Positions 24,048 through 33,922 are shown, counted from the first letter of the stretch. The stretch: 45,066 nucleotides of DNA from Chloroflexota bacterium (GCA_025454515.1 JALOOH010000022.1:1-45066), one strand, 5' to 3'. The notes: a model not told the origin generated them from the letters alone. Numbers and translations: made by a program.

Positions 24048-24602
24048 CTAGCGCCGCATCTTCTCCGGGTTCGGCGCCCGGCGCTGGACCGTCGGGTCGT
24101 TCGACAGCGTCCGCTCGCGCGCCTCGCGGATCCGCTCCGCCAGGTCGGGACCCGTCGCGCGGATCGCGCCGGTCAGATCGGCCCGGGCGGCCGGGATCGT
24201 CGCGCCGGGGTCCGTCACCCTGTCCTCGGCGGCCGCCCCGCCCCCGTCGCCGGCCGTCGCTGGCGCGCCCCGTACCGGGCCATCCTCGCCCAGGAAGGGC
24301 ATCCCCTGGCGCTCCACGGCGTCGAGGCTCATCCGGAGCGCGGCCGTCTTCTGCGCCGCGACCTCGCGGACGTACGCGGCCTCCTCGTCGGGCGTCATCG
24401 AACGCTCGCGCACCGCGTCGCGCGGGTGTCCCACCGACAGCCAGACGAGGTGGTATCGGTCCATCGTCCCCCACGCTGCCGCCAGCAGGAGGTCGGACTC
24501 GGCCAGCCACGAGCGGAGGGCATCCATCGACGGCGTCCGCTCGATGCGCTCGCCGTCGGCGACGAGCGTCCGCGTGCGCAGGATGAGCTCGTCGCGCGTC
24601 AT
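24048..24602 (-). CDS. Hypothetical protein
   Basis: Protein-like ORF (MTRDELILRTRTL...WGTMDRYHL...GMPF) starting 7 nt after the aminotransferase stop. Confidence 0.65.
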   Translation of the reverse strand: MTRDELILRTRTLVADGERIERTPSMDALRSWLAESDLLLAAAWGTMDRYHLVWLSVGHPRDAVRERSMTPDEEAAYVREVAAQKTAALRMSLDAVERQGMPFLGEDGPVRGAPATAGDGGGAAAEDRVTDPGATIPAARADLTGAIRATGPDLAERIREARERTLSNDPTVQRRAPNPEKMRR

Positions 24603-24609
24603 CCGCCGC

Positions 24610-25518
24610 TCATCCCGGGCCGCGCGACGCCTTCTCGATCCACGCCTCTCGTCGATCGCGCAGCTGGAGCGTGATCGGTCCGGCACCGCCCCGACCGATC
24701 GCCTCCCCGTCGAGCCTGCCGACCGGGATGATGCCGGCGACGCTGCTCGAGAGGAGGACCTCGTCCGCGCGCAGCAGGTCGGCGCGCGTGAGCTCGTCCT
24801 CCTCCGGCTCCAGGTCGTGGATCGGTGCATGCTCGAGCAGCCACGCCCGCGTCGTGCCCGCGAGGCAGCCCGACCCGAGTGGCGGCGTGAGGATCCGACC
24901 GCGGCGGATCGCGAAGACGTTCGCGCTCGTCGCCTCGCTCACGTGTCCCGTCGTGTCGAGGATGAGCGCGTCGTCCGCGCCCGCGCGCTCCGCCTCGAGG
25001 CGCGCGTACACGCTCTCCGCCCGCGACGTGGTCTTGACGCCGGCGAGCGGCGAGCCCGGGTCACGCCGCACCGACGAGGTCACGAGCGCGAGCCCGTCGC
25101 GCAGGACGGAGGCGGGGGGCGGCGTGTGCGGCCATGCGACGATGACGACCGTGGGTCCGGACGATGGCCCTGCCGGTGCGAGCCCCCGTGCCGCGTACGG
25201 CCCGCGCGTGACGGTGATGCGCAGGGCGGCGTCGCCGGGGTGGCGGCCGGACGAGCCGTCATCGGCGAGGCCCTCGGCGGCGAGGATCGCGGCGATGCCG
25301 GCGACGATCGGGGCGTCGTCGGGCGGGAGCGCGATCCCGAGCGGGACGGCGCTCTCGCGGAGGCGCTCGAGGTGCGCGTCGAGCTCGACCACGACGCCGC
25401 GGCGTGCGCGCAGCGTCTCGAAGATGCCGTCGCCGAGCATGAAGCCGCGGTCGAAGGCGGAGATCGTGGGGGCGTCGGCGGGGACGACCTTCCCGTCGAC
25501 CCAGACGTGCTGTGGCAT
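24610..25518 (-). CDS. Class IV aminotransferase (PabC ADC-lyase / branched-chain or D-amino-acid aminotransferase family)
   Basis: DRGFMLGDGIFET, HLERL, LRITVTRG, GVKT (PLP Lys), EATSANVF and CLAGTTR motifs. Confidence 0.9.
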   Translation of the reverse strand: MPQHVWVDGKVVPADAPTISAFDRGFMLGDGIFETLRARRGVVVELDAHLERLRESAVPLGIALPPDDAPIVAGIAAILAAEGLADDGSSGRHPGDAALRITVTRGPYAARGLAPAGPSSGPTVVIVAWPHTPPPASVLRDGLALVTSSVRRDPGSPLAGVKTTSRAESVYARLEAERAGADDALILDTTGHVSEATSANVFAIRRGRILTPPLGSGCLAGTTRAWLLEHAPIHDLEPEEDELTRADLLRADEVLLSSSVAGIIPVGRLDGEAIGRGGAGPITLQLRDRREAWIEKASRGPG

Positions 25519-25633
25519 GCCTCCAGCCTAGCGCGACCGCACACCCGGCTGCTCGGCGGTGCGAGGACGCACCGTCACCGGGCCCGGGGAGGTGCCGGGT
25601 GGCCCTGCCGTGCGGCCCGTCTGTACCCGGGAC

Positions 25634-25743
25634 CATATCGGCCGATGCAGGCCCTTTCGGGACGTTCGGCCGGTCTACACGGCGTGGCAGACTCGCGAAC
25701 ATTCGCATGGTTCCGGCAGGTATAGGTAGTTTCGGGAGTTTCA
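25634..25743 (+). promoter_or_regulatory. Phased 9-10-bp direct repeats (TTCGG-like) upstream of the heme operon regulator
   Basis: TTC cores at 25656/25665, 25702/25711 and 25731/25740; TTTCGGGA occurs twice; TATAGG at 25721. Confidence 0.45.
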
Positions 25744-25745
25744 CG

Positions 25746-26489
25746 GTGCCGACGCGGAGCAAGCCGACCGGGCGCGGACGCGAGTGGATGGGCCTGGGAG
25801 AGGCGGCCAGGCTGCTCGGCGTCTCGCCCACCACCCTCCGGCGATGGGCCGACGACGGGGTGGTCCGCTCGTTCGTGACCCCGGGCGGGCACCGGCGATT
25901 CCTCCGGTCCTCCCTCGAATCGATGATCCCGCACGACCGCGGCGGCAGACTGCCTCTGCAGCAGCTCGGCGAGACCCCCGAGCGGATGGCCCGCGCCTAC
26001 CGGCGGAGCACCGTGACGGAGGGACCGGACGCGGCCTGGATCCGTGCGATGGAGAGCACCGAGCGCGACCCGCTCCGCGAGCGGGGACGCGGCCTCTCGA
26101 CCGCGCTCCTCGCGTACCTCGACGCCGCCGACGACGCCGAGCGGAAGGCGCGGCTGGACGAGGCGTCCGCCGTCGCGGCCGAGTACGGCCGCGTGGCGCG
26201 ACTCCACGGCGCCACGGTCCACGACACCGTCGCGACGTTCCTCCGCTTCGCGCGACCGTTCGTGGGCGAGATCGCGACCTTCGCCCGGCGTCGCAACCTG
26301 GACACGAAGGAGGCGACGAGCCTCCTGGAGTCCACGCTGGCGGCGCTCGACGCGCTCCTCCTGGTGACGATCGAGGCGCACGAGGCGGCTCCGGGCGGCG
26401 GCGGCCGCCCCAACGCGATCGCCGCGGAAGCCGGGCCCGTGGCCTGCGGGCAAGCGTCGCCGCTCGCGCTCGCCGAGGTGGTGGCATGA
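25746..26489 (+). CDS. MerR/excisionase-like (HTH_17, BldC-like) regulator with an all-helical C-terminal domain
   Basis: WMGLGEAARLLGVSPTTLRRWAD.G..RSFVTPGGHRRF; stop overlaps the hemA start. Confidence 0.85.
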   Translation: MPTRSKPTGRGREWMGLGEAARLLGVSPTTLRRWADDGVVRSFVTPGGHRRFLRSSLESMIPHDRGGRLPLQQLGETPERMARAYRRSTVTEGPDAAWIRAMESTERDPLRERGRGLSTALLAYLDAADDAERKARLDEASAVAAEYGRVARLHGATVHDTVATFLRFARPFVGEIATFARRRNLDTKEATSLLESTLAALDALLLVTIEAHEAAPGGGGRPNAIAAEAGPVACGQASPLALAEVVA

Positions 26490-27730
26490 CCGGGCGGCCC
26501 CTCGCGCCGCTCGTCGCGCTCACCGTCCACGCCCGGCGGGTCCCCAGCCTCGACCGCGAGGCCTTCGCCGCGCACGCCGCCCCGCTCGCCGATGCGCGGG
26601 GGACGATCCTCCTGCACACGTGCCACCGCGTGGAGCTGTACGCATGGTCGCCGGCGCTCCAGGGCGCCGCGCTCCCGCCCCTGCCCGCGGGTGGCGTGCG
26701 TCTCGACGGGACCGAGGCGGCGAGCCACCTGTTCACCGTCGCGGCCGGGATGGACAGCGTCGTCATCGGCGAGGACCAGATCCTCCACCAGCTGCGCGAC
26801 TGCCTGGCGGCACGGCACGAGCACACCGCCGCGACACCCGGGTCCTGCCCTGCCGGCGGGGCCGCCGGTGCCATCGGCGTCACTCTCGCGGGCCGGGACG
26901 CGGCCGCTGCGCCGCTCGACCCGGTCCTGGAGCGCCTCTTCCAGCACTCGCTCCACGTCGGCCGGCAGGCGCACGCCTGGCGCGACGGCGCGCCCCGGTC
27001 GCTCGCCGACGTGGCGCTCGACCGGATCGGCCGCGACCACGAGACGCTCGAGGACCGGCCCGTCCTCATCGTGGGTGCCGGCGCGATGGGCCGGATCTCC
27101 GCGCTCGCCGCCGCCCGCCGCGGCGCCCGCGTCCTCGTGACGAACCGGACCGAGGAGCGGGCCGCGGCGCTCGCGCACGACGTCGCGGGCGTACCGGTGC
27201 CCTTCGCGCCCGGCGCGGGGCTCCCCGCCGTCGCCGGCGTCATCGTCGCGGCCGGCGGCCCGTGGCCCGTCGACCCGGCGACCTCCCGTCGTCTCGGCCA
27301 GGCGGGCGCGGTCGTCGTCGACCTGTCGTCCCCCCCGGCGATCCCGCCGGACGTCCAGGCCGCGCTCGGGCCCGCGTTCATCTCGGTGGACGACCTCGCG
27401 CGCGCTCCCGAGGCGAAGCCGCACGAGCGCCTCCGGCGCCGGGTGGACCGCCTCGTGGCCGAGACCGCCGCGGAGTTCGAGGCGTGGACGGCGACGCGCG
27501 GCTGCGTCCCCGCGATCCGCGCGATCGCCGACCACGCCGAGGCGCGTCGTGCAGCGGAGCTCGACCGGCTCCTCCGCCGCGCCCCGACGCTCGAGCCCGA
27601 GGTCCGCGACCTCGTGGACGAGATGTCCCAGCGCCTCGTCGCCGGCCTGCTCCACGGACCGCTCGCCGCTCTCCGCTCGGATTCGAGCGGCGAGCGCGAC
27701 GCGCTCGTCCGCGAGCTCTTCGGCCTGTGA
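26486..27730 (+). CDS. hemA: Glutamyl-tRNA reductase
   Basis: TCHRVE (catalytic Cys), GMDSVVIGEDQIL, GAGAMG, TNRT and LLHGP motifs. Confidence 0.9.
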   Translation: MTGRPLAPLVALTVHARRVPSLDREAFAAHAAPLADARGTILLHTCHRVELYAWSPALQGAALPPLPAGGVRLDGTEAASHLFTVAAGMDSVVIGEDQILHQLRDCLAARHEHTAATPGSCPAGGAAGAIGVTLAGRDAAAAPLDPVLERLFQHSLHVGRQAHAWRDGAPRSLADVALDRIGRDHETLEDRPVLIVGAGAMGRISALAAARRGARVLVTNRTEERAAALAHDVAGVPVPFAPGAGLPAVAGVIVAAGGPWPVDPATSRRLGQAGAVVVDLSSPPAIPPDVQAALGPAFISVDDLARAPEAKPHERLRRRVDRLVAETAAEFEAWTATRGCVPAIRAIADHAEARRAAELDRLLRRAPTLEPEVRDLVDEMSQRLVAGLLHGPLAALRSDSSGERDALVRELFGL

Positions 27731-29448
27731 CCGGTCCGCAGCAGGCGCCCGTGCCGCCCGCCCCCCCGGCGGCACGGGTCCTGCGGCTCGGCACGCGGGG
27801 GAGTGCGCTCGCGCTCATCCAGTCGCGGGAGGTGGCGGCTGCGCTCGAGGCGGTCGGGGTCCCGGTGGAGCTCGTCGTGATCCGGACCGCGGGCGACGAC
27901 CAGGCGCCCGACACCGCGTGGGGCGAGGGCGCGTTCGTCGGCGCCCTGGAGCGAGGCCTGCTCGACGGCTCGATCGACCTCGCCGTCCACAGCGCGAAGG
28001 ACGTGCCCACGACGGTGGACGCCCGGCTCGCGATCGCCGCGTACCGGCCCCGCCAGGACCCGCGCGACGCCCTCGTCTGCCGCGAGCGCGGCGGCTCGGT
28101 CGCCACCCTCCCTCGCGGTGCCCGCGTGGGGACCGACAGCCCGCGGCGCTCCGCGTTCCTTCTCGCGCAGCGTCCCGACCTCCGGGTCCACCCGTTGAAC
28201 GGGAACGTGGACACGCGCCTCCGCCGGCTCGATTCCGGCGAGAGCGACGCGCTCGTGCTCGCCGTCGCCGGCCTCACGCGGCTCGACCGCGACGACCGGA
28301 TCGACGAGCGGATCGAGCCCGACGTCATCCCGCCGGCGCCGGGCCAGGGGGCCGTGGCGGTCCAGGTCCGTGCCGGCGACGACGTCGCGCGGGCCTCGGT
28401 CGCGCTGCTCGACGACGCGCCCACCCGCATGTGCGTCGAGGCCGAGCGCGCCTTCCTGCACGCCTCCGGCGGTGGGTGCCGCGCGCCGATCGGCTGCCTC
28501 GGGCGGATCGAGGGCGGCGAGATCGTCCTCCGCGCCGGCGTCTCCCGCGAGCCGGTCGGCCCCGGCGTCCCGGTCGCCTGGCGCGAGGCCCGCGGTCCGG
28601 TCGCGGACCGCATCGCGCTCGCCGAGGCCCTCGCGGCCGCGCTCCGTCCGGCGCGCGGGGCCGATGCACCCGGCGCGGCGCGCCGCCCGACGGTCCTCGT
28701 CACGCGGCCGGAGGACCAGGCCGGCCCGCTCGTCGCCGCGCTCGACGCGCGGGGGATCGGCGCGGTCGTCATCCCGACGATCGCCGTCGAGCCGGCCGAT
28801 CCGGCGCCCATCGAGGCCGCGGCCCGCCGGCTGCCGGAGTTCGACTGGGTCGTGGTCACGAGCCCGAACGGCGCGCGGGCGCTCCTCGCGGCCGCCGCGC
28901 GCGCCGGCGCCCACCCGGGCTCCGCGCGCTGGGCCGCGGTCGGGGCGGCGACGGCGCTCGTCCTCGATCCGGCGGACGTCGGCCCGGTCTTCGTCCCGTC
29001 CGCCGGCTCGGGCGCCGCGCTCGGCGCGGAGCTGCCCGTCCGCCCCGGCGAGCGCGTCCTCCTCGCCCGGTCGGACATCGCGGACACCTCGCTCCCCGAG
29101 CGACTCGCGGCCGCCGGCGCGCGGGTCGAGGAGATCGTCGCCTACCGGACGGTCGAGGGTCCCGAGTCGTCCCGCGGCGCCCTTGTCGACGTCGTCGCGT
29201 CCGGGATGGTCGCCGCCCTCGTCTTCACCAGCGGCTCGACCGTGCGGGGCCTCCTCGCGCTCCTGCCGGCGGACCTGGCAGCAGCCGTCCGCGCGCTGCC
29301 CGCCTGCTGCATCGGCGAGCCCACGACCGCCGTCGCGACGGCCGCCGGCTTCGCACGCGTCGCGACAGCCGCCTCGCCGCGCGCCGAGGCGGTCGCCGAC
29401 CTCGTCTCCGCCACACTCGTCACCCCTGCCACCGGAGCGCTCGCATGA
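27727..29448 (+). CDS. hemC: Hydroxymethylbilane synthase-uroporphyrinogen III synthase fusion (HemC-HemD)
   Basis: GTRGSALA, VHSAKDVP, GNVDTRL and GGGC, then VLVTRP, VVTSPNG, AVG and FTSGSTV. Confidence 0.92.
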   Translation: MTGPQQAPVPPAPPAARVLRLGTRGSALALIQSREVAAALEAVGVPVELVVIRTAGDDQAPDTAWGEGAFVGALERGLLDGSIDLAVHSAKDVPTTVDARLAIAAYRPRQDPRDALVCRERGGSVATLPRGARVGTDSPRRSAFLLAQRPDLRVHPLNGNVDTRLRRLDSGESDALVLAVAGLTRLDRDDRIDERIEPDVIPPAPGQGAVAVQVRAGDDVARASVALLDDAPTRMCVEAERAFLHASGGGCRAPIGCLGRIEGGEIVLRAGVSREPVGPGVPVAWREARGPVADRIALAEALAAALRPARGADAPGAARRPTVLVTRPEDQAGPLVAALDARGIGAVVIPTIAVEPADPAPIEAAARRLPEFDWVVVTSPNGARALLAAAARAGAHPGSARWAAVGAATALVLDPADVGPVFVPSAGSGAALGAELPVRPGERVLLARSDIADTSLPERLAAAGARVEEIVAYRTVEGPESSRGALVDVVASGMVAALVFTSGSTVRGLLALLPADLAAAVRALPACCIGEPTTAVATAAGFARVATAASPRAEAVADLVSATLVTPATGALA

Positions 29449-30470
29449 CCCTCGCCATCGACCGGCCCGACGCCGCCGTCGCGCCGACGATCCCCCAGCG
29501 CCGGCTCCGCCGGTTCCGTCGCACCGCCGGGCTGCGCGCGCTCGTGCGCGAGACACACCTCGACCCGTCGATGCTCGTCGCCGGGCTCTTCGTCCAGCCC
29601 GGGACGGGCCGCCGCGACCCGATCGGCTCGATGCCGGGCGTCGCGCGCCTCTCGCCGGACCTCGTCGTGGAGGAGGCGCGCCGCCTCGACACGCTCGGCG
29701 TCGGCGGGCTCATCCTGTTCGGGCTCCCCGACGCGAAGGACGGCGTGGGGTCCGGCGCATGGGCCCGGGACGGCATCATCCAGGAGACGCTCTCCCGCCT
29801 GCGCGAGGCGGACGTCTCGCTCCCGCTCATCGCGGACACGTGCCTCTGCGAGTACACGGACCACGGGCACTGCGGACCGCTCGCGCAGGACGGCAGCGTC
29901 GCGAACGACCTCGCGATCGCGCTCCTCGCCGAGACCGCCGTCTCGCAGGCTGCCGCGGGGGCCGACGTCGTCGCTCCGTCCGCGATGATGGACGGCCAGG
30001 TCGCCGCGATCCGCGCGGCGCTCGACGCCGCCGGGCACCGCGAGACCGCGATCCTGGCGTACGCGGCGAAGACGGCATCGGCGTTCTACGGCCCGTTCCG
30101 CGAGGCTGCAGACTCCGCGCCGGCGTTCGGCGATCGGCGCGGCTACCAGATGGACCCGGCGAACGCCCGCGAGTCGATGCTCGAGATCGCCCTCGACGTC
30201 GCCGAGGGCGCCGACGCGATCCTCGTGAAGCCGGCGCTCCCGTCGCTCGACATCCTCGCCCGCGCCCACGACCGCTTCGACCTGCCGATCGGGGCATACC
30301 AGGTGAGCGGCGAGTACGCGTCGATCGTGGCGGCGGCCCAGAACGGCTGGCTCGACCGGCGCCGCGCGCTCCTCGAATCGACGACGTCGATCGTCCGGGC
30401 CGGCGCCTCGTTCGTCATCACGTACGCCGCCGCGGAGATCGCGGAATGGCTCCGGGAGGATCCGCGATGA
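29445..30470 (+). CDS. hemB: Porphobilinogen synthase (Zn-type)
   Basis: DTCLCEYTDHGHCG, APSAMMDG, FYGPFREA, VKPA and YQVSGEY motifs. Confidence 0.96.
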   Translation: MTLAIDRPDAAVAPTIPQRRLRRFRRTAGLRALVRETHLDPSMLVAGLFVQPGTGRRDPIGSMPGVARLSPDLVVEEARRLDTLGVGGLILFGLPDAKDGVGSGAWARDGIIQETLSRLREADVSLPLIADTCLCEYTDHGHCGPLAQDGSVANDLAIALLAETAVSQAAAGADVVAPSAMMDGQVAAIRAALDAAGHRETAILAYAAKTASAFYGPFREAADSAPAFGDRRGYQMDPANARESMLEIALDVAEGADAILVKPALPSLDILARAHDRFDLPIGAYQVSGEYASIVAAAQNGWLDRRRALLESTTSIVRAGASFVITYAAAEIAEWLREDPR

Positions 30471-31783
30471 CCGCCCCCGTCACCCCCTCCGCGACCCCCG
30501 CGTCTCGCGGTCCCGGCCGCCAGGCAGACCTCATCGCCCGCGCCGAGCGCCTCTTCCCCGGCGGCGTCAACAGCCCCGTCCGCGCCTTCCGCTCGGTCGG
30601 TCGGCCGCCGCTCGTCCTCGCCTCCGGCTCCGGTGCGCGCGTCCGCGACGCCGACGGTGTGGACTACGTCGACTACATCGGGGCGTGGGGCCCCGCGATC
30701 CTCGGCCACGCCCACCCGGCCGCGGTCGAGGCGGTCCGCTCGGCCGCCCTCGACGGGTTCGCGCTCGGCGCGACGTCACCGGGCGAGATCACGCTCGGCG
30801 AGGCCATCCGGGCCGCGATGCCGTCGATGGAGATGCTCCGCTTCACCTCCTCGGGCACCGAGGCCGCGATGAGCGCGCTCCGCCTCGCCCGTGGCGCGAC
30901 GGGCCGGCCGCTCGTCGTGAAGTTCGCGGGCGGGTACCACGGCCACTCCGACGGCCTCCTCGTGGACGCCGGATCGGGCGTCGCGACGCTGTCGATCCCC
31001 GGCAGCGCCGGCGTGACCGAGGCCGTCGCCGCGGGCACCGTCGTCGTCGCGTACAACGACCTCGAGGCCGTCCGGGCCGCGTTCGACGCGCACCCCGGGC
31101 TCGTCGCGGCCGTCGTCGTCGAGCCCGTCGCCGCGAACGTCGGCGTCATCCCGCCCGCGCCCGGGTTCCTCCAGGGGCTCCGCGAGGTGACGGCCGCCAA
31201 CGGCGCGCTCCTCGTCTTCGACGAGGTCATCACCGGCTTCCGCGTCGCGCACGGCGGCGCGCAGGCCCGCTACGGCGTGGCCCCGGACCTCACGGTCCTC
31301 GGGAAGATCATCGGCGGCGGGATGCCGGTCGGGGCGTACGGCGGCCGGCGGGACCTCATGGAGCAGGTGGCGCCGCTCGGCGGCGTGTACCAGGCCGGGA
31401 CGCTCTCCGGCCACCCGCTCACGATGGCGGCGGGAGCCGCGACGCTCGCGCTCCTCGACGCGGCCCTGTACGACCGGCTGGAGGCGTACGGCGCCGCCCT
31501 CGAGGCGGGGCTGCGCGACGCGGCCGCGGCCGCGGGCGCGCCGGTCGCGACCGCCCGGGTGGGAGCCCTCCTCACCGTCTTCTTCCGGCCCGAGCCGCCG
31601 ACCGACGCCGCCGAGGCGCTCGACGCGGACCGCGCCGCGTTCGCGCGGTTCTTCGGCGCGATGCTCGACGCGGGGATCCTCCTGCCGCCGTCGCAGTTCG
31701 AGGCGTGGTTCGTCGGGGCGGCCCACGGCGACGCCGAGCTCGCCGCGACGCTCGACGCGGCGGCTGCCGCGTTCCGCGCATGA
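30467..31783 (+). CDS. hemL: Glutamate-1-semialdehyde 2,1-aminomutase
   Basis: PGGVNSPVRAF, SGTEA, YHGHSD, FDEVITGFR, GKIIGGG and QAGTLSG motifs. Confidence 0.96.
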   Translation: MTAPVTPSATPASRGPGRQADLIARAERLFPGGVNSPVRAFRSVGRPPLVLASGSGARVRDADGVDYVDYIGAWGPAILGHAHPAAVEAVRSAALDGFALGATSPGEITLGEAIRAAMPSMEMLRFTSSGTEAAMSALRLARGATGRPLVVKFAGGYHGHSDGLLVDAGSGVATLSIPGSAGVTEAVAAGTVVVAYNDLEAVRAAFDAHPGLVAAVVVEPVAANVGVIPPAPGFLQGLREVTAANGALLVFDEVITGFRVAHGGAQARYGVAPDLTVLGKIIGGGMPVGAYGGRRDLMEQVAPLGGVYQAGTLSGHPLTMAAGAATLALLDAALYDRLEAYGAALEAGLRDAAAAAGAPVATARVGALLTVFFRPEPPTDAAEALDADRAAFARFFGAMLDAGILLPPSQFEAWFVGAAHGDAELAATLDAAAAAFRA

Positions 31784-32958
31784 CGGCGGAGCGGGGCGCG
31801 ACGCGGAGCCGGCGCCGCCCGGCCGCCGACCCGGCCCCGGCCGCTGCCGCCGACCCGGCCCCGGCCGCTGCCGCCGACCCGGCCCCGGCCGCCCAGCCCA
31901 CCGCGCGGTACCTCCGCGCGGCCCGTCGCCTCCCGGTCGACGCCACGCCGGTCTGGTTCATGCGCCAGGCCGGCCGGTCCCTGCCCGAGTACCGCGCCGT
32001 CCGCGAGCGCGCCACCCTGGTCGAGATCACCCGTGACGCGGCGCTCTGCGCCGAGGTCACGATGCAGCCGGTCCGCCGCCTCGGCGTGGACGCGGCGATC
32101 CTCTTCGCGGACATCACGACGCCGTTCGCCGGGATGGGCGTGGCCTTCGACATCGTCGAGGGGCGCGGCCCCGTCCTCGAGCGGCCGATCAGGACCGCGG
32201 CGGACGTCGCCGCGCTCGTGCCCTTCGAGCCCGCCCGCGACGTCGCGCCCCTCCTCGAGGCGATCCGGCTCATCCGCGCGGAGTCGCCGGTCCCGCTCAT
32301 CGGCTTCGCCGGCGCCCCGTTCACGCCGCTCGCGTGCTATCTCGTCGAGGGCGGCCCCTCCCGCGAGTTCGTCCGGACCCGGACGCTCATGCACGCGGAC
32401 CCGGGGACGTGGTCGATGCTCATGAAGATCCTCACCGACACGACCGCGCGATACCTCCGCGCGCAGGTCGAGGCCGGCGCGCAGGCCGTCCAGGTCTTCG
32501 ACTCCTGGGTGGGCGGCCTGTCCCCGTTCGACTACTCCCGGTCGGTGGCGCCCTGGATGGCGCGACTGTTCGACCAGCTCGCGAGCCTCGGCGTCCCCAC
32601 GTGCCACTTCGGCACCGGGACTGCGGGGATCCTGCGGCAGCAGGCCGAGGCCGGCGGCGACATCGTGGGGCTCGACCACCGCATCTCCCTGGCGGACGGC
32701 TGGGCGCTCGTGGGCGACCGCGCGGTGCAGGGGAACCTCGACCCGGTCCTCCTCCTGGGCCCCTTCGATGCCGTGGCCGATGCCGCCCGCTGGGTCCTCG
32801 ACCAGGCGGCCGGGCGACCCGGCCACGTCTTCAACCTGGGGCACGGCGTGATCCCGGCGACCGATCCCGACGACCTCCGTCGCCTCGTGGATCTCGTCCA
32901 CGAGAGCCGCCCGGCCCAGCGCGACCACTCCGGCACATCGAACGGAGCGTCCCGATGA
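31780..32958 (+). CDS. hemE: Uroporphyrinogen decarboxylase
   Basis: PVWFMRQAGRSLPEYR, AILFADI, QVFDSW, QGNLDP and NLGHG motifs. Confidence 0.96.
   Translation: MTAERGATRSRRRPAADPAPAAAADPAPAAAADPAPAAQPTARYLRAARRLPVDATPVWFMRQAGRSLPEYRAVRERATLVEITRDAALCAEVTMQPVRRLGVDAAILFADITTPFAGMGVAFDIVEGRGPVLERPIRTAADVAALVPFEPARDVAPLLEAIRLIRAESPVPLIGFAGAPFTPLACYLVEGGPSREFVRTRTLMHADPGTWSMLMKILTDTTARYLRAQVEAGAQAVQVFDSWVGGLSPFDYSRSVAPWMARLFDQLASLGVPTCHFGTGTAGILRQQAEAGGDIVGLDHRISLADGWALVGDRAVQGNLDPVLLLGPFDAVADAARWVLDQAAGRPGHVFNLGHGVIPATDPDDLRRLVDLVHESRPAQRDHSGTSNGASR
31822..31893 (+). repeat. 24-bp tandem repeat x3 (AADPAPAA) in the hemE N-terminal extension
   Basis: gccgccgacccggccccggccgc(t/c) three times. 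Confidence 0.93.
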
Positions 32959-33905
32959 CCACTCCCGCCGTCCTCCTCCTCGCCTACGGCAGCCCCGACT
33001 CGCTCGACCAGGTCGAGGCGTACTACACGGACATCCGCCGGGGGAACCCGCCGACGCCCGAGCTCCTCGCGGAGCTCACGGACCGCTACCGCGCGATCGG
33101 CGGCGGGTCGCCGCTCTCGCGGATCGTGGAGGATCAGCGCGCGGCGCTCGAGACCGAGCTCGCCCGCCGCGGCCGCCCGATCCCCGTGTACGCCGGCATG
33201 CGCCACATCGCGCCCCGGATCGCGGCCGTCATCGAGCGCATGGCCGACGACGGGGTGACCGACGCGGTCGCCATCCCGCTCGCGCCGCAGGCGTCGATGA
33301 GCGTCGAGGGCTACCGCCGCGCCGTGGACGCCGCGTGCGCCGCCCTCGGCGACCGTGCCCCGCGCATCGCGTTCGTCGCGTCGTGGTGCCGGGAGCCCGC
33401 GTTCATCGAGGGCCTGGCCGAGACCACCGGCGAGGCGCTCGCCCGCTTCCCCGACCCGGCCGCCGTCCGGCTCATGTTCACCGCGCACAGCCTGCCGCAG
33501 CGGGTCGTGGACGCCGGCGACGTCTACCCGGACGAGCTCGTCGCCACGTCGCGCCTCGTCGCCGACGCCCTCGGCCGGGAGGCGTACGACTTCGCGTACC
33601 AGAGCGCCGGCCGGACCGACGAGCCGTGGCTGGGCCCGGAGATCCTCGCTGAGATCCGCCGCCTCGCCGGCGACGGGGCGACCGAGCTCGTCGTCAGCCC
33701 CGTCGGGTTCATCGCGGACCATCTCGAGGTCCTGTACGACATCGACATCGAGGCGCAGGGCGTCGCCCGCGAGGTGGGGATCCACCTGGAGCGGCCCCGG
33801 ATGCTCGACGACGACCCGCACCTGGTCTCGGCGCTCGCCGGGATCGTCGAGCGGACGCTCCCCCCGACGGGCGCGGCCTTCCCGGCCGCCTCCGCCGGCC
33901 GCTGA
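32955..33905 (+). CDS. hemH: Ferrochelatase, coproporphyrin (CpfC) type
   Basis: LLAYGSP, YYTDIRRG, RYRAIGG.SPL, FTAHSLP, YQSAG, WLGP and GFIADHLEVLYDID motifs. Confidence 0.94.
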   Translation: MTTPAVLLLAYGSPDSLDQVEAYYTDIRRGNPPTPELLAELTDRYRAIGGGSPLSRIVEDQRAALETELARRGRPIPVYAGMRHIAPRIAAVIERMADDGVTDAVAIPLAPQASMSVEGYRRAVDAACAALGDRAPRIAFVASWCREPAFIEGLAETTGEALARFPDPAAVRLMFTAHSLPQRVVDAGDVYPDELVATSRLVADALGREAYDFAYQSAGRTDEPWLGPEILAEIRRLAGDGATELVVSPVGFIADHLEVLYDIDIEAQGVAREVGIHLERPRMLDDDPHLVSALAGIVERTLPPTGAAFPAASAGR

Positions 33906-33922
33906 CCCCAGGAGGATCCCTC

